Source: Schmidtea polychroa (Eukaryota). From it: 64,000 bases of DNA. A program made the translations under genes and the position numbers. Positions 11,220 through 25,319 of the stretch are shown piece after piece; position 1 is the stretch's first letter; each line of letters opens with the position of its first letter. The stretch is from the NCBI GenBank assembly GCA_044892525.1, contig CM097885.1, positions 17,920,001-17,984,000 on the forward strand, read 5' to 3'. A model generated the notes under the pieces. The model saw nothing but the letters and a program-made list of their open reading frames with translations. It did not search any database and was not told where the DNA came from.

Positions 11220-11635
11220 CAGTGCTTCTCAAACTTTTTTGTGTCGCGGACCGGTGATTTTTTCCTAATCCAAAAACATAAATTTTAATTAGTTATATTT
11301 ATTAAAAAGTAACAAATAAATATAAAAAAATTATTAACAAAATTAGGTTTCGTTTGCATGCAACAAATTGCAAATAATACCTAAAAAATTCATCGAAATT
11401 CGCTTAAATAGAAGAGTTATCGAAAACACACGTTAGCACCCAGCATTTCAGTTACATTTTTAGTTTATGGCAAATAAACCTTTGATATCTCTTGGTACTA
11501 TTGTGCTTATTTCGTAAATATTGCCTGTTTGTGCTTGTGCAAATATTTTAACGCTTAAAAATGAAATAAAATTTACAAAAATATTCTGTGGACCGGTCAC
11601 TATTAACTCGCGAACCACCACTTTGAGAAGCACTG
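11220..11635. mobile_element. hAT (Charlie-like) MITE
   Basis: TIR CAGTGCTTCTCAAA / TTTGAGAAGCACTG; perfect 8-bp TSD CTCTAACG. Confidence 0.92.
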
Positions 11636-11829
11636 CTCTAACGTATAATATTTTAATTTCAGAACCTTTAATACTCACACACATTCTAACAGTCTTTTAT
11701 GGTCCGGTTAGAGTCAGTTTATATCAAATCTCTGGAAACTATCTTTTCAATTTGCAAAATCTGTAAAATTTTTGTCTAATCCGCTGTGTTAAAAAATCAT
11801 TACTTCTAGATATATTATCAACCCTTGTT

Positions 11830-12130
11830 TCTAACTCGTTCCACTGTGCATCGTCTTCAAGTAGGCCTGTAATTTGACAGGCCTCACGAAATGTCTCAGA
11901 GTTCCGACCGTCTCTAACCGTGTGAAGTAAGAGCTGCAGGAAGAAACATTCAAATTTATTTGGGTGTACAGTATAGACGCGATGTATAGTTGCTCTAATG
12001 TTGGGATAGCCACGATGCTTAAAAACCTTTCCTGTTGTATCCCAAGTATAATATTTTGGTACGTTATAATACATAAGTGTTTTGGCGAATTCGTCTTTTT
12101 GACATAGTAAGAAAAAGGCTGTCAGCTGTC
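11830..12130 (-). mobile_element. Helitron Rep-helicase fragment
   Basis: LTAFFLLCQKDEFAKTL.Y..VPKYYTW...HRVYTVHP..FECFFLQLLL..V...TFREAC...GLLEDD.QW, characteristic of Helitron RepHel. Confidence 0.85.
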
Positions 12131-12299
12131 ATAGTAAAAAATTTTTTTGAACCACAAAAACTGTTAAAATTTTAACATTTATTTCAAAAATTTTAACTTT
12201 ACATAATTCATACATTTATTTTGATTGTACGGGCAGATTTTGACATTTCAATCAAAACTTCTTCGATCTCAATTGACTCATCTCTATAAATATTTAATA

Positions 12300-13712
12300 A
12301 AACTAATCAATTTAAGCGTTCCTCAGCCATAGTAGGACGGTCAAAAGTTTTGATTAAACTTAATTTACTAAAGCTTCTTTCAAGCGTACAATTTGTAACC
12401 GGAACGGCTACTAGTATTGAAAGCAACTTTAAAACGTTCGGAAAAAATGTACTATTACAAGACTTGATATGATCGATTATTAAATTCGGTTTTTCAACAA
12501 GCTTTGATAATCTCAAATTCCACATTTTAATTTCTGCCCTTAATTGAGTTGCTGAAGCTTGCAAGTAGTCACCATAAAAGTCCAAAATATCAACAGCTTT
12601 CGCAATTTCTTCTTCAGCAATAATGTTGTGGTTAGTAATGATTCGAAATCCTGTCAAAATTTCTTTATATTTTTGAAATCTTTCTTCAAGTTCGCTGCAG
12701 AAATTACTAATAAGCGGTTTGAATAAAATATCTTGATAATATTCTTTTGTGTTTAAAATAACCATACGTCGTGGTCTACCACAACATCTCGGTTTTCGAA
12801 TATCAATTTCATATTTTTCAGCAAATTTTGTTGCATTTGAATATATCGCATCAAACTTGTTTGATAAGTCTCCCTCAATTTCCTTGAATGTGTTAATAAT
12901 ATTCGATGATGCTTCTATAGCTTGTGTTATGTCGATCGAAACTGATTGTAAATAGCTGCTAAGCCCTACAGTAATGCTCAGCGCATAGTCAAGCGACAAT
13001 AAAGACATAAATTCAAATGTAAGAATCGTATTTAAGAATCCAATTGCTAAATGTGAAGCATCATCATTCCATTCAACAATGCACAATCGAAAAGTTCAGT
13101 GAAAGTTGCATTTGTTTGATGGCGTTCTATAAATCTTGTAGGACATATATTTTTTAACTTCTTTTTTTGTACTTTCTGAACATTTTTCTGCAATGCTTTC
13201 TAAAAGAACTTGCTGACGCTTTGGTGTATTAGAAAGTTGAAAATTTGCATAATTGTCTCAGTATAGGTTTTAAGTATCGAATTTTAAGTACACGAATCTG
13301 TCAATGCCAAATTAAGACAGTGACTCATGCAATGAATTTTGATAGCACTTGGGAAACTATCTCTAATTCTTCTTACAACGCCTGATTTCGCTCCTGCCAT
13401 AACAGCCGTCCCATCATATCCCTGACCGACACAGTAGTTTAAATCTACATTAAGTTCCTGAAAAGTTCTCATTATCTCTGATGATATTCCATCGGCGGTT
13501 TTATCGATTATTCGAACAAATTTTCAAGTTTTCATTGATTTCAACCTTATCGAAATCGAAGTAACGCACTCCAATAGCCGATTGTTCTTTGTTAACAACT
13601 AATACCAGTCAAGATTTATATTCGATTTCCCAGATACAGATGTTCTTCTGAGTTCCTACAGTGGCGTACCGTGAGGTTCTTGCGCCTGGGGGCAACTGAG
13701 AAATTAGCGCCC

Positions 13713-13775
<63 letters not shown>

Positions 13776-14825
13776 ATTTAATTTTTTTAAAGAATATTAA
13801 TGACGAATAACGAAACAGGTTTAACAGATATTATGACCAAAAATGGATTAACTATAACGTAAACGTACTAAAATTTAAAATAATAAAGTTTTTGTGTTTT
13901 TATTTATACACTACACGTATAACTAAATATACACGTATAAGTAAATATTGCAAATAACTGAATGCACGCACATTTATTCTAAGAAACTAATGAAGTAATA
14001 AAAAATATATTAATCTCTTAGATCTTAAGAATAATTTATTACTTAATTTTTGTTCCAAATTGGCTTCCTTAATTTTGCGCCCCCTAATTTTGGCGCCCGG
14101 GGACAAATGTCCCCCCCCCCCCTGCCCCCCTAGTTACGCCACTGAGTTCCTATTACAAAGTAATCAAGATAGCGATACAGCGGAACCAAATTACTATCAT
14201 TTTGATAATACGCTACATAAGATATTCCCAGCAAACTGGTCTAAATCCTTAAATTGATTAAATCTATTCAGAAAAACTTGTTTTATTTCCTGTATAATGG
14301 TTAAATATTTTATAATTGTATATTCTTGTGTAATAATACTATTTTCAAAGTTTCCAGTTGCTTGAAAATGTTTTTGCAGATATGAAAAATATTTCAATAT
14401 TTTCATGTTCAAATCATTACTAAATATATAAAGTTTTCTCATAAATGATTTAATATTTTAAAACATAGTTAATACAACTTGACCAGGTCTTTGGAGTTTT
14501 TTTATTCAGTTCAATTAAAGACTGAGTGATATCACAGAAAAACATTAGGTCATTTAGCCATTCTATATTTGATAATTCGTCATAAACATTATTTTCATGC
14601 AAAAACAATTTTATTTCTTCTAATAAATCTACAAATCTATTTAAAACTTAACCCCGACTGAGTCATTCATCGTTTTTCTGCGTATATGTTTATGTGATAT
14701 TTATTCATTCCTACATTGTAGTATTTTGTCAGTTCGAAGTTTTCGATTCGTCTTCATCTGTCATCCAACAACAACTTGTGGGTCACTTGAATTCGTTGCG
14801 TGGGTCATAGGTTCGCCGTCTCTGC
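12300..14825 (-). mobile_element. Degenerate hAT transposon (ZMYM1/P52rIPK-like transposase pseudogene)
   Basis: CVGQGYDGTAVMAG, IHCMSHCLNL and PVTNCTLERSFSKLSLIKT..R.TMAEERLN in broken ORFs (12307-13472). Possible 5' terminus CAGAGACGGCGAACC near 14825; boundaries approximate. Confidence 0.8.
13659..14144. mobile_element. hAT MITE nested in the hAT transposase; contains a (TA)n tract
   Basis: TIR CAGTGGCGTA / TACGCCACTG; perfect 8-bp TSD AGTTCCTA; (TA)n at ~13717-13772. Confidence 0.92.
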
Positions 14826-16747
14826 CATAGACTGTCCGAATAAAGAAGAAATCAGATAAAATTAATATTGTACAAAATACCATAAAGCACAAATAATTGA
14901 TATTGCCCGATGAAATATTAAATCCGATTAAATTAATACTGTAAAAAATAAATAAAAATTGCTATTATAAAACACAATAATTGATATCGTCTGATTAATA
15001 TATAATAGTGGATCACACAAATATTTGTACATTGTTCCTCATTGATTATTGTTCGTAAAATGTTAATTGACTTCGGATCTGGGACTTGATATTGGCTTTT
15101 GAAGATTGGATATTTGAGATTGTTTTTATTTTTTAATTGACGCTCTTCGGGTGTATATTGACTGGATATTTGGCCCGTCCTGTAATATTTGTTTAGGTGG
15201 GCCTACCATTATCATCCAACATTTGTTTTACCAACCAGCCAATTTCCGTATCCGGTCCATATCACTGCGAATAATTTCCAATAATTTATTTCTAACTTTT
15301 CATATTATAATTCAAATACACTTTTTCTTTCTAAGTTTGAAAATGAAAATTAACTGCCAATATAAATTCCAATAAATTTCGTTAAAATTATTTTTCAAAT
15401 AATTGGGTTTAAAAAATTGAAAACTAAAACAAATTCTTTTTGTTAAAATATAAATTTCTTGTAGGTTCCTTTTCATTTTCGGCGCCTGTGTGCAGTGCAC
15501 ACTTTGAACATGCTCATGTCAGCCTTGCATATAATTTTTGTGTAAGTACGTGTAATTTTAGATAATCAATAAAAAAAATAAACAATATAAAAAAACAATA
15601 AAAAAAGATAAAGATATAGCTTCAAAGATTTAATATTGACAAATTTAAAAATAAGAAAGTTTATCGTTACTATCAATTATAATAAAGAGGTACACCCAAC
15701 TCTTTACACGGTAAATAAGTTCCAAAGAAATCCGTGTAAAAAAGTCATGATGACATAGTAAAATTGAGGATGTGTTCCACAGTTTTAAAAAAACAGTGTA
15801 AGATGAAAAAAATACTTTTTGGTATTAAAAATCGTGCAAAAAAAAACTTATGAAAACATAATTATTCTACATATTCGTATATATCTTATTCTCATTTTTA
15901 TTAAAAAAGATAACAAAATTAATCTTAGTCCATAAGAGTAGTGTAGGCGCTGAACAAACGGCGCAAATGACCCCTTCAGAAATTTAAAATTTTTTATTTT
16001 ATAACAAAATAAAAATTTTTAAATTTATTCCTCGACTCCCCGCCGCTTAGCGCTTACGCTACTTAAGATAATAATAATAAAATCAACCACCCTAATCTTG
16101 TACTTGTTAACAAAACAATATTTTAACAAATAATATTTTAACTCCCATAAAAACACTTCGGAAATCCCACAACTTTTTATAACTTTATTAAATTTTATCA
16201 AATTGTAAATTTTCAAAATTTAATATTGTCAACTCTGAGCGAAAATTAATGAATAAAACAAGGGTAAATATCCAAATTATTAAATTTTAATAAAAATAAT
16301 AAATAATAAAGTTTTAAAATAAACAGAAAACTTAAAAACTAAAATTAAAAAAATGGGATCTATATACCCCTATTTACTAACTACTTTCAATAAATAAATA
16401 AATAATCAAATATTTACAACAATCGGTTCCATCTAAAGATTTATTAATTATTAACACAGTGATCACTCCTAAATAGTAATATATATTGCGCAATAACTAA
16501 CACATTGTATTGGATTACGCAATAAACTCTGAACTTCTTCAAATTTGATCTTTGGCCTCTAATGTAATATCATTACTCAAATATTATCAAATGATATTTC
16601 AAAATAAAAATTAATAAATAATATAATAGATATTCTTTAAATTAATAATTTTATAAAATTTTAGTATTTTTATAATATTTTTAATATTTTTTTATCATAA
16701 AAATGTCAAGTCAGCAATAGAGTTAGTTAAATTATTTAAATATTTAA

Positions 16748-17629
16748 CCTTCGAGTACCGATACCTCGAAAATAGCATCGAGTGACGGTATGGGGTACAA
16801 AATTACCCCAGATTAAAACTGAGTAATAATGAACTATAAGTATTTTTAGTAAGGCTACAAATTAAAATTATTTATTGAGTAAAAATATATTATAAAACAT
16901 TTAATATAAAAAGACAAGATTCAAATTACAAAATACTATAAACAATAAATGGCATAAAAATATGAATTATTCGGCTACAGTTCTATGACAGTTTTATGAC
17001 AGATGACTGTTTTACACTATGAACATTGGAAATGGCTTTTTTTGCATTTATAGTAAAATATACGAGTTTTCCTATCACGAGTTCTTGGACAAAAAGCACA
17101 TCTAGATGATTTTGAATACCCAGTGCTGGATGATGTTGCAATACCAGTGCTCGTACTTTCTAAAACATTCCACTCAAATCTAGTGTTTGACGTGTAAGAA
17201 ATTTCATCACTCTCTTCAATATTTTCTACCACGTCGCTTTCTTCATCATCATAATCTTTGTCAATTTCCACGTTATCTTCAATATCCGAAATATTGTCGA
17301 AGTTCAGGTTTTTAAAGTCTAATTCGTAATCTTCATCACTATCAATCTCTTCTTCCGATGAATCGAGCAAATTTTTATATTCATCCATAATAAAAAGGGC
17401 TAAAATGTAAAATTGATTAGTAAAATTATATAGAAAATAATTGTTAAAATTTTATTAAAACTACGATATTATTTTTATCTTTTAAAATATTTCTATTTTT
17501 TGCATTACATTCATTGGTATATCTTTGTAGATTACAAAAAAATATCAGATAAATGTCATTATTATATTACAAATGGTTTAACAAATAAAAAATTTGGGTA
17601 AAAATGCACCCCGCTTAGGTGCGTGAAGG
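16748..17629 (-). mobile_element. Internally deleted piggyBac element
   Basis: TTAA-CCTTC...GAAGG-TTAA ends. ORF 17017-17388 has an acidic piggyBac-like N-terminus joined to the Cys-rich C-terminal motif RCAFCPRTRDRKT....KCKK. Confidence 0.8.
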
Positions 17630-19974
17630 TTAAATAAAAAAAATTAATTAATTTCTATCAACATTATTATCTGGACATTATTATCTAAACTTTAACCACT
17701 ATCAAATTTATAAGTAAATTAAATCAAAACTTCAAATCACCCCTAAAGTTTCACTATGGAAAACATCATTTCAAATCATTACCTGATAAAATTATATGAT
17801 AAATTTTCAGTTGACCTCAAACACACTTTTCTATGCAAATCACTTGAAAGTCTAACATAATACATATCGTTCCATTTATTAAATATAAAAACATTATTGT
17901 ATGTAGTGGCGAACCGGGAAGAGTTGTCAGATGTCTTTCGCGCACACCTGGATCGATCTTTTAATTTGTAATTCTTTCGAGTTGCTTCCCGGTCTTTGGA
18001 GTTTTTTCGTGGAATTTCGAATCTCTTTCAGTCTAGTGGTAATGCGTTTAAATCACCGCTGAAATCGACTTTGTGAACGAGAAGTGATAATAATTTTTGA
18101 ATTGAGTCTGATGTATGAGTCTGGACAACTTTTATATTAGAATTAATTCGATATACGAAAGTAGTTTAAAAAAAGATTCGGATTAAAAAAACTGTTAAGA
18201 CGAGCAGCTTTACTATTTTCGTAAATTTACTAATTTTCGGCACTGCCTTAATTAAATCCGCTTGAAAGGCAGTGCCGAAAACTCGCGTATTTCAAAAACA
18301 TTGATAGATTTACTGATTTATAGTCTTCAAGCTTTTTAATAAATATTTATATCTTATTTATATTATTATTCTGTATATATCAATATTTAATTGCTAATAT
18401 TAGGTAATCGCTATTCTTGTTTCTAAAATTAATTTGATTTGATATTTTCACAAAATGAGGTTACCTCATCACGGACTCCAACATGTCTTCCTCCTAACCT
18501 AACAAGATTTTCGTCCCAAAAATTAAAGAGGTAAAGACAAGTGCCTCGGACTAGCACTTTTTTCGAAAATCATCATCAAATTCAATTTAAAAAATCATCA
18601 AATTAAAACAAGCCCAACGAGGTCACTGAAGTTGTCACTGAAGTCGAACAAGTTGAAGAAGTTGAAGAAACTGAACAGGTCGAATTGACTGAAGCAGTTA
18701 CTGAAGAAGTTAAATAATCATCAAATCGACTTAAAATCAATGGATCAAATATGTCAGAAATATGACAGAAACCTTCTTATTAACAATGATATCTCTGATG
18801 ATGGTCAAGATCTTCAACAATGTTAATTACAATAAATTCTCTGTTCAAATTAATTGTATGTCTCTACAGCAACGATAAAATAAAACAAAAATAAAATAAA
18901 ATAATAAAACATAAGAGTTAAACTGTAAGCACAACGCTAAAGGTTGTTTGTAACACTATAAGGAAGTTATTTATACATAAAAATGTTAGAATTGAATTGG
19001 AACTGTCATTGTTGAATTGAGGATGTATAGCTGATTGCTAGTTCCGCTGTTTAGATAACCGAAATGCTAATATTTGCGTCTTTGCATAACTCTGGATCTT
19101 TCATTTAGGATCCGCTGTTTCACAATCTCTGGTCTATAACGCGCTACCAGTGTTTCTTGTGTACTTACTTCCTTATACACGATAAACGATATTATGTATG
19201 TGCCCTCATTAGCCTCCATCATTTCATATTGGATACGGCTACTTCATGGATTGGGCCTCCGTCATACTCTTTTATACGAGATTTCCATTTACTATCTGCC
19301 ACCAGCTGGGATCCTCTATATTGACATCTTCACGGATTTTGATTGAATTTCCCTTCCCTAGAAAAAACAGTTAAATTGAAACTTTTATAATAAACAAATA
19401 TTAATTTTTAATAAGAATGATTTATGGAATGAAAAAATACTAGAAATTGTAGAAAAACATGTATATCATGAACGCAATAAACTCTGAACTTCTTCAGATT
19501 TGAACTTTGGCCTCTAATGTAATATCATTACTCAAATATTATCGAATAAAAATCAAATATTATCAAATGATATTTCAAAATAAAATTATATGCTGCGCCC
19601 GTTTGTTTTTCCAATCATTTATTAACAAAATTTCACCAAAAATAAAGACATTAATCAATTATGTATTCTCCATATTAATTACAACTTCCGTCCACCGCCA
19701 ACTCATTTCCTTGATGTTGAGGTCTCAAATATTTCTATTTAAAATCCCACTTTGGGGGTGATTCTTATATAAAAAAATCCCTTTATGAAACTTATTAAAC
19801 TATCAAAATTTACCTTCTATAAAAATGCAATTTTAGTTCAATATAATTCAATTCCAAAAATGTACAATATATTATGATTTCTAATGCGTGTCTTATATAT
19901 TTTTCATTGTGTGAGTGCTTTGTTGCTTGTTAAGATTTGTCGAACTAAATATTTGACTGCTCTAAAATTATTAA

Positions 19975-20579
19975 CCCCTTTACCGTCAACTTCTTTTTCT
20001 GAAATCGACCCTTAAATTGGCGACTTTATTTGCGGCTATAAAAAAATTAATCTTCTAATTATTTTCAAACATCTTTATCAACAATAACGAACAACTAATA
20101 ACGAATAAAGCAGTTTTTAGTATTGTTGTAAAGTAATGAGTAGTGGATAACAAGGTACTGAATAAGATGAACAATTGTTTTGCAAGTTTTTGTGTCTTTT
20201 GCTCCAACTTTTTGTAAGAATTTTTTTGTATTGTCTTCAATTTTATTTATCTGACACACTAAAACAGCATAATAATAGTTGTTGTGATGATTTAGCCTAT
20301 AGCGATGGGGGTAATACAGCGACATTGAGGTTTGAAACGGTTTCTGAGATTTCATGGGAAATGTATTTTGTATAATTTTTTATTTTGTTTAGCCCTGCCA
20401 TACATTCTTGCCCTCAGCAAGGCTAGAGTTGTAGTAGAGTGCATGGTTATTATGGTTTGATGTTTCTAAATGACCTAGAACGACGTATTTACGTTTAGCC
20501 GAGTATACTCGGGTCTACCGTGCTGCAGTACGCTTCCAAATATATAAAACGAGTATCCTCGGGTCTACCAGTAAAGGGG
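19975..20579. mobile_element. piggyBac-type non-autonomous element
   Basis: TTAA TSD on both sides; TIR CCCCTTTAC / GTAAAGGGG; subterminal CGAGTAT.CTCGGGTCTACC repeats. Confidence 0.85.
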
Positions 20580-22982
20580 TTAAGGATTGTTGAAGATTAC
20601 ACTAAGACACTTTGAAAATGCGCTAAAATTTAGTGGTTTCAATTTGTGATGTTTCTGTCATTTGAATGTCAACACCAAATTAAAATATTTACAATTGGAT
20701 AGATCGATTTTCCCTTTTCCAATTAATTCCAATTATATTTTTTGTATTTGTATTTTAATAATTAATTATGTATTATTTACATGCCGAAAAAAATAATATA
20801 CTATAAAATATAAATAAGATCATCACATATGTACATCATTCAATAATGTTTACCATAAAAATTAAATGTCAAAATAAATCAATATTGTCCAATGTTCATT
20901 TTTAATTAACTTTGATATGATGATTTGGGTTGGTTCGTTGATGATTATTAATCGAGATTGAGTCGATTGATATTGTGAAGACGGTTATTTATTAAATTGA
21001 TATTGAGATTTTGGGTCGGTGATGATATGCACTTTGATGGTTATTCCGAATATATATTAACTCGGCCCTGTCCTATAGTATTTAGATAGGACGAATGTGT
21101 CGATGGGTCTACCCTCATCATCCAATATTGATCAATTTCTTCAAAGATATAGTTAATTAAAAATTCTTTAAAGCTATTAAATAATTTGTATGACAACATT
21201 AGAAAATTCAAAAAAAGTGGTAATTTCTAAAGTATTTAAAATTAGTTGGTGTTTGAATAGGTTAATATGCATTAATTTGATTGGTTACACACTTATTTCT
21301 CTAACTATGAAACAGATGATAATACATAATAGTCATTGGTTTTTAAAATTTAATCCAATATGACGTCAGTTGTATCACAAAAAATGATATTGGGATATCT
21401 CATTAAAACGAAATAGAGATTACTTTTTTATGAAAGATGAAAAATTTTATTGGACTGGAGTACACCTCCCGCTCACATTGTGCGTTTCGATTGAAGCCCG
21501 TCAAAGATGGGTCGGCTTCACACCCTTCCTCTTGTCTTTTGAAATTAGACATTCTAAAGGGAAAAATATTCATATGTGAACGTAATACCGATTGAGTACA
21601 TAGATTCTTTAAGCGTTACGTAGGTTCTTATCTGCACCTATCCATACTCGCACACATGCCTATACCTACGTACTCATTCCTAAAAATCTAGCACGCTTGA
21701 ATTGCACTCAATCACGTTAGACGCACTACACACACTTAACGGGTTACAATAATTCCATGTGAACCCTATCTTAGTGAAACCCACATATTTAATCATTGTT
21801 CCTAAATATTAATTAAACTGTATTCTAGTAATAAATTTAAGCAACTTTTATATTTTATTGAATATTGTGTTGGGCTAGAGCCAAAAATTGAGAGCTTGTT
21901 TTAATGAGTCGGAAATACATAGCATAAAAAACCGCATCATGTTGAATTAAAATTTATGATTATACACCAAATAATACAAATTAAAGTACACAACACATTG
22001 AGAACAAATAAAACACGTATAATAAAATAAAGGAACGCAAGAAGTTCCAATCACCAACATAATTAAGAGAGAAATAATGCATTCGAAAAATCTGCCAACT
22101 AGAAAATAAAAGAATAATAAAAAAATAAATAATTGATAATATAAAAAAGTTAAGAATGATTACTGGTCATATTTACATACGAAAGACCATAATCAAATTA
22201 GTTAGGGATGTTATGGCTCGTATTTACACACGAATGAGTTATGGCAAAGAGTGCATAATTTAAGAAAAAGAACAGGAAAAATTGATTTAAATAAATAAAT
22301 AATCAAATATTTACAACAAAAAACTTTAAAAAAAATAATATATTTACCAATAAGATTTATTATTTTCAATAATAATTTAATTTTAAGTTCATAAAACCGA
22401 GAGAAATTTTATTTAATAATATTTATTGTGACAAACAGAAATTCTAATTGATATAAATATTTAATATCCTGATATAAAATCTCACATACCCCAAAAAAAT
22501 ATGAACAGTTTTGCTTACAGTGCAAACACATATAGTTAACTAGTCATCGGTATGTTATTACTTTGCTGCAATATTTTTATAATCTTGTTACAATTTGCTT
22601 AAATATTTTACAACTGTTGAAAGTTTTCCAAAATATGACATTACTTTTTTGCAATTTGATGAAAAATGTTAATACTTTTAAAATTTAATGAAAGGTTTCA
22701 TAATTTTGTGGTAATTTAGTGTAAAATATTGATTAAATTGCTGCCATTCACCGAAATAATTTCCCACTTTATTGTAACTTAATGAATACTTTATAACATT
22801 ATTGTAATTTATTGAAATATTTCGTTATGTTGTTTTGATTTATGGTAATATTTTTATTAATTTTGTAACCATTAACTGAAATAATTTAGTATTTTACAAT
22901 AATTAGTGATTGAATCATATGCAATAAGGATGCAATATCAATGCATGCTTTTCATTGGTTGGTATGTGCCTAACCTATATGA

Positions 22983-23224
22983 CAGTGGTGGCCAACCCAA
23001 ATCAATCGAAGGGCAAAATTTTCGGAGAGATACTATCACGGGCCATTCATTTAAATAAATATAACTCGTTTTTACGATCCAAGTAAACTTAGAATCAATT
23101 TTTTAAATTAAAAACATGCTTAATTCGAATATGAATTCTAAAAAAGACAATTATTGATTTGATGTTTAAAATTTTATCCGGGCCACATCAAAACGCTTCG
23201 CGGGCCACCGGTTGGCCATGGCTG
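22983..23224. mobile_element. hAT MITE
   Basis: TIR CAGTGGTGGCCAACC / GGTTGGCCATGGCTG; TSD CTATATGA / CTCTATGA (7/8 match); CGGGCC subterminal motifs. Confidence 0.85.
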
Positions 23225-24205
23225 CTCTATGACTTGTATGTATTGAATAATAATATTAATATGTGCGTGTTTTAATATATGTATACGCATGTGAGTGGGT
23301 TTATTGTAATATGTATTAACATATATTACACTAAGGTTTGTGTGTTACTTATTGATTCTAAATAATTTCCTACCCTTACTCGATTTTTTTTAACTAAAAC
23401 ATTTTGGTTTGTAAATATTTCAATAAAGATGAATGAATTAGAAAGATGTATAGGTGTTTAAAGAGATGTATAAATTCAAAAATGGTGCACTACAAATGAA
23501 ATTTCACAATTTTGATTACATCATAGTCTCATTTAATAGAGAATTTAATTTCAAGTATATTGACATAAAAAATTAAAATGTATGACGTAATCAACGATTT
23601 AAATAAAATTAAAATTATGACATAATCGAAAATTAAAACAACTTTTAAAATTATTACATAATCAACGATTTAAATAAAACTTTAAATTAAAATTATTACG
23701 TAATCGACAATTAAAACAAAATTTAAATTTAAAAAAAAAGTATGGGGAGGGTGGTCTTTTTAAATTTTTTTTTTAAAAATAAGGGGTTTATCTGGATCTG
23801 GAGTGCACATGGATCTGGAGTACACATAACTATCTACTATTGAAATATCGTTTGGTTGTTTGTGCGGTCAATGTACAAATTATTGCTAACATCATCACTC
23901 ACGCAGTATTCGCATCATCATTATTACTAATACCTTATTATCATCATTTTGTTATTAAATAAGAGTTCGAATAAATTTACCTAAGATAATCTTTCTCGAA
24001 GTCTTAATAGTTATCTTTAATTAGCCTCAGCCTATTTGACGGCGTAAATAAATTATTATGAGTCGACCTCTAAAATCAGTTTGTTGTTGTAATCTAATCT
24101 GGTTGTTTGCAGTTGATTGTTCGCCTCTTCGGAAATTTTTGGCTGGGATCCCCATTTATTTTGCTCACTGATTACTGGATTTAGTAATCCTCGGCAAGTT
24201 ATTAT

Positions 24206-25150
24206 TGTTGAGGATACCTAAATAACAATTTAGAAATAAATAAATAAAATTACCTGGGGGAAGATCGTCATGACAAACGGGACGATCGGTGGGAACTCAG
24301 AAAAGAAAGCGGAAGCAAAAAGAAATGAGGAAGAGGAAGGAAACAAAAGAAATCAAACATGAAAATAAAAATCAAGATCAGTACTAATTAATTAGTACAA
24401 AAAGGAAAAGTAATTTCCAAATCGGGAAAACAGAAAAACAACAATATTCTTATCTCGATGGCTTGTCAGAGATAAGGGAAACAAAACCAAAACAGGCCGG
24501 AGCCGCAAAAGGAAAAAAATATAAATATTGCAACAGCTGTCAAAGATAACTCGGTCGCAGGGAAAACTGGGAAATCATGTTGAAAAAAAATGTGTAATTG
24601 GAGATAAACTCAAATGCCACAAATTTACGAGGTATAAAAGGAGGTGGCACAGCAGAAGCAGCAGAGAGAAACTATAGAGAGGACGTGTTATAAAATTAAG
24701 AAGACGTGGGAGAATTGTAGCGAACAGTTTGGGGAAGCCATTTAGAGAACAATTTAGAAGAAATATTTGAATAAAATAGAAACAGAGAAACTAAAAAGAA
24801 AACAGAAATAAAGAGAATCAGCTAGAGTTTATTCAGTTGATAATAGAATAAATTTAGACGCGTAAAACCAAGTCAAAATCAGAGAACAACCAGTTAAAAT
24901 TACCAATTATTACATTCCTCAGTTGTGAGAGATTTGTCACATCACAGTTATACGAGTGTGCTATTCCTCACCATAGTGTTGTAATAAGCACGGTATAATA
25001 ATTAGCTTGTTGAGTCAATTGTGTCATTGTGAAAATATTTGTGATATTCAATAAAATTTCCAGTGTTAATTGTTATTTGTGTGGCAGTCAAAGATACGCT
25101 TGGAGTCAGAGTAAGAATTCTAATTTTATCACCAACTCGATAACCCAAGA
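24206..25150 (+). mobile_element. Solo LTR, same family as 43926-44859 (opposite orientation)
   Basis: Starts TGTTGAGGATACCTAAATAAC, ends ATAACCCAAGA; 4-bp TSD TTAT/TTAT; TATAAAA box at ~24633; reverse-complement similarity to 43926-44859. Confidence 0.8.
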
Positions 25151-25319
25151 TTATTAACCAAGCCTAGTTTATTAGTGACACAGCCTTTTATTCGTAGTGA
25201 CTTCTTGTAGTGGTATTCGAATTTAAGTATGCTGAGATTAATTGTCATTTCCCTCGGCCGAATCCGCATCGGGAAAATGAACGCTTAGTGTAATATGTAG
25301 TAAAATTAAATCTTGAATT

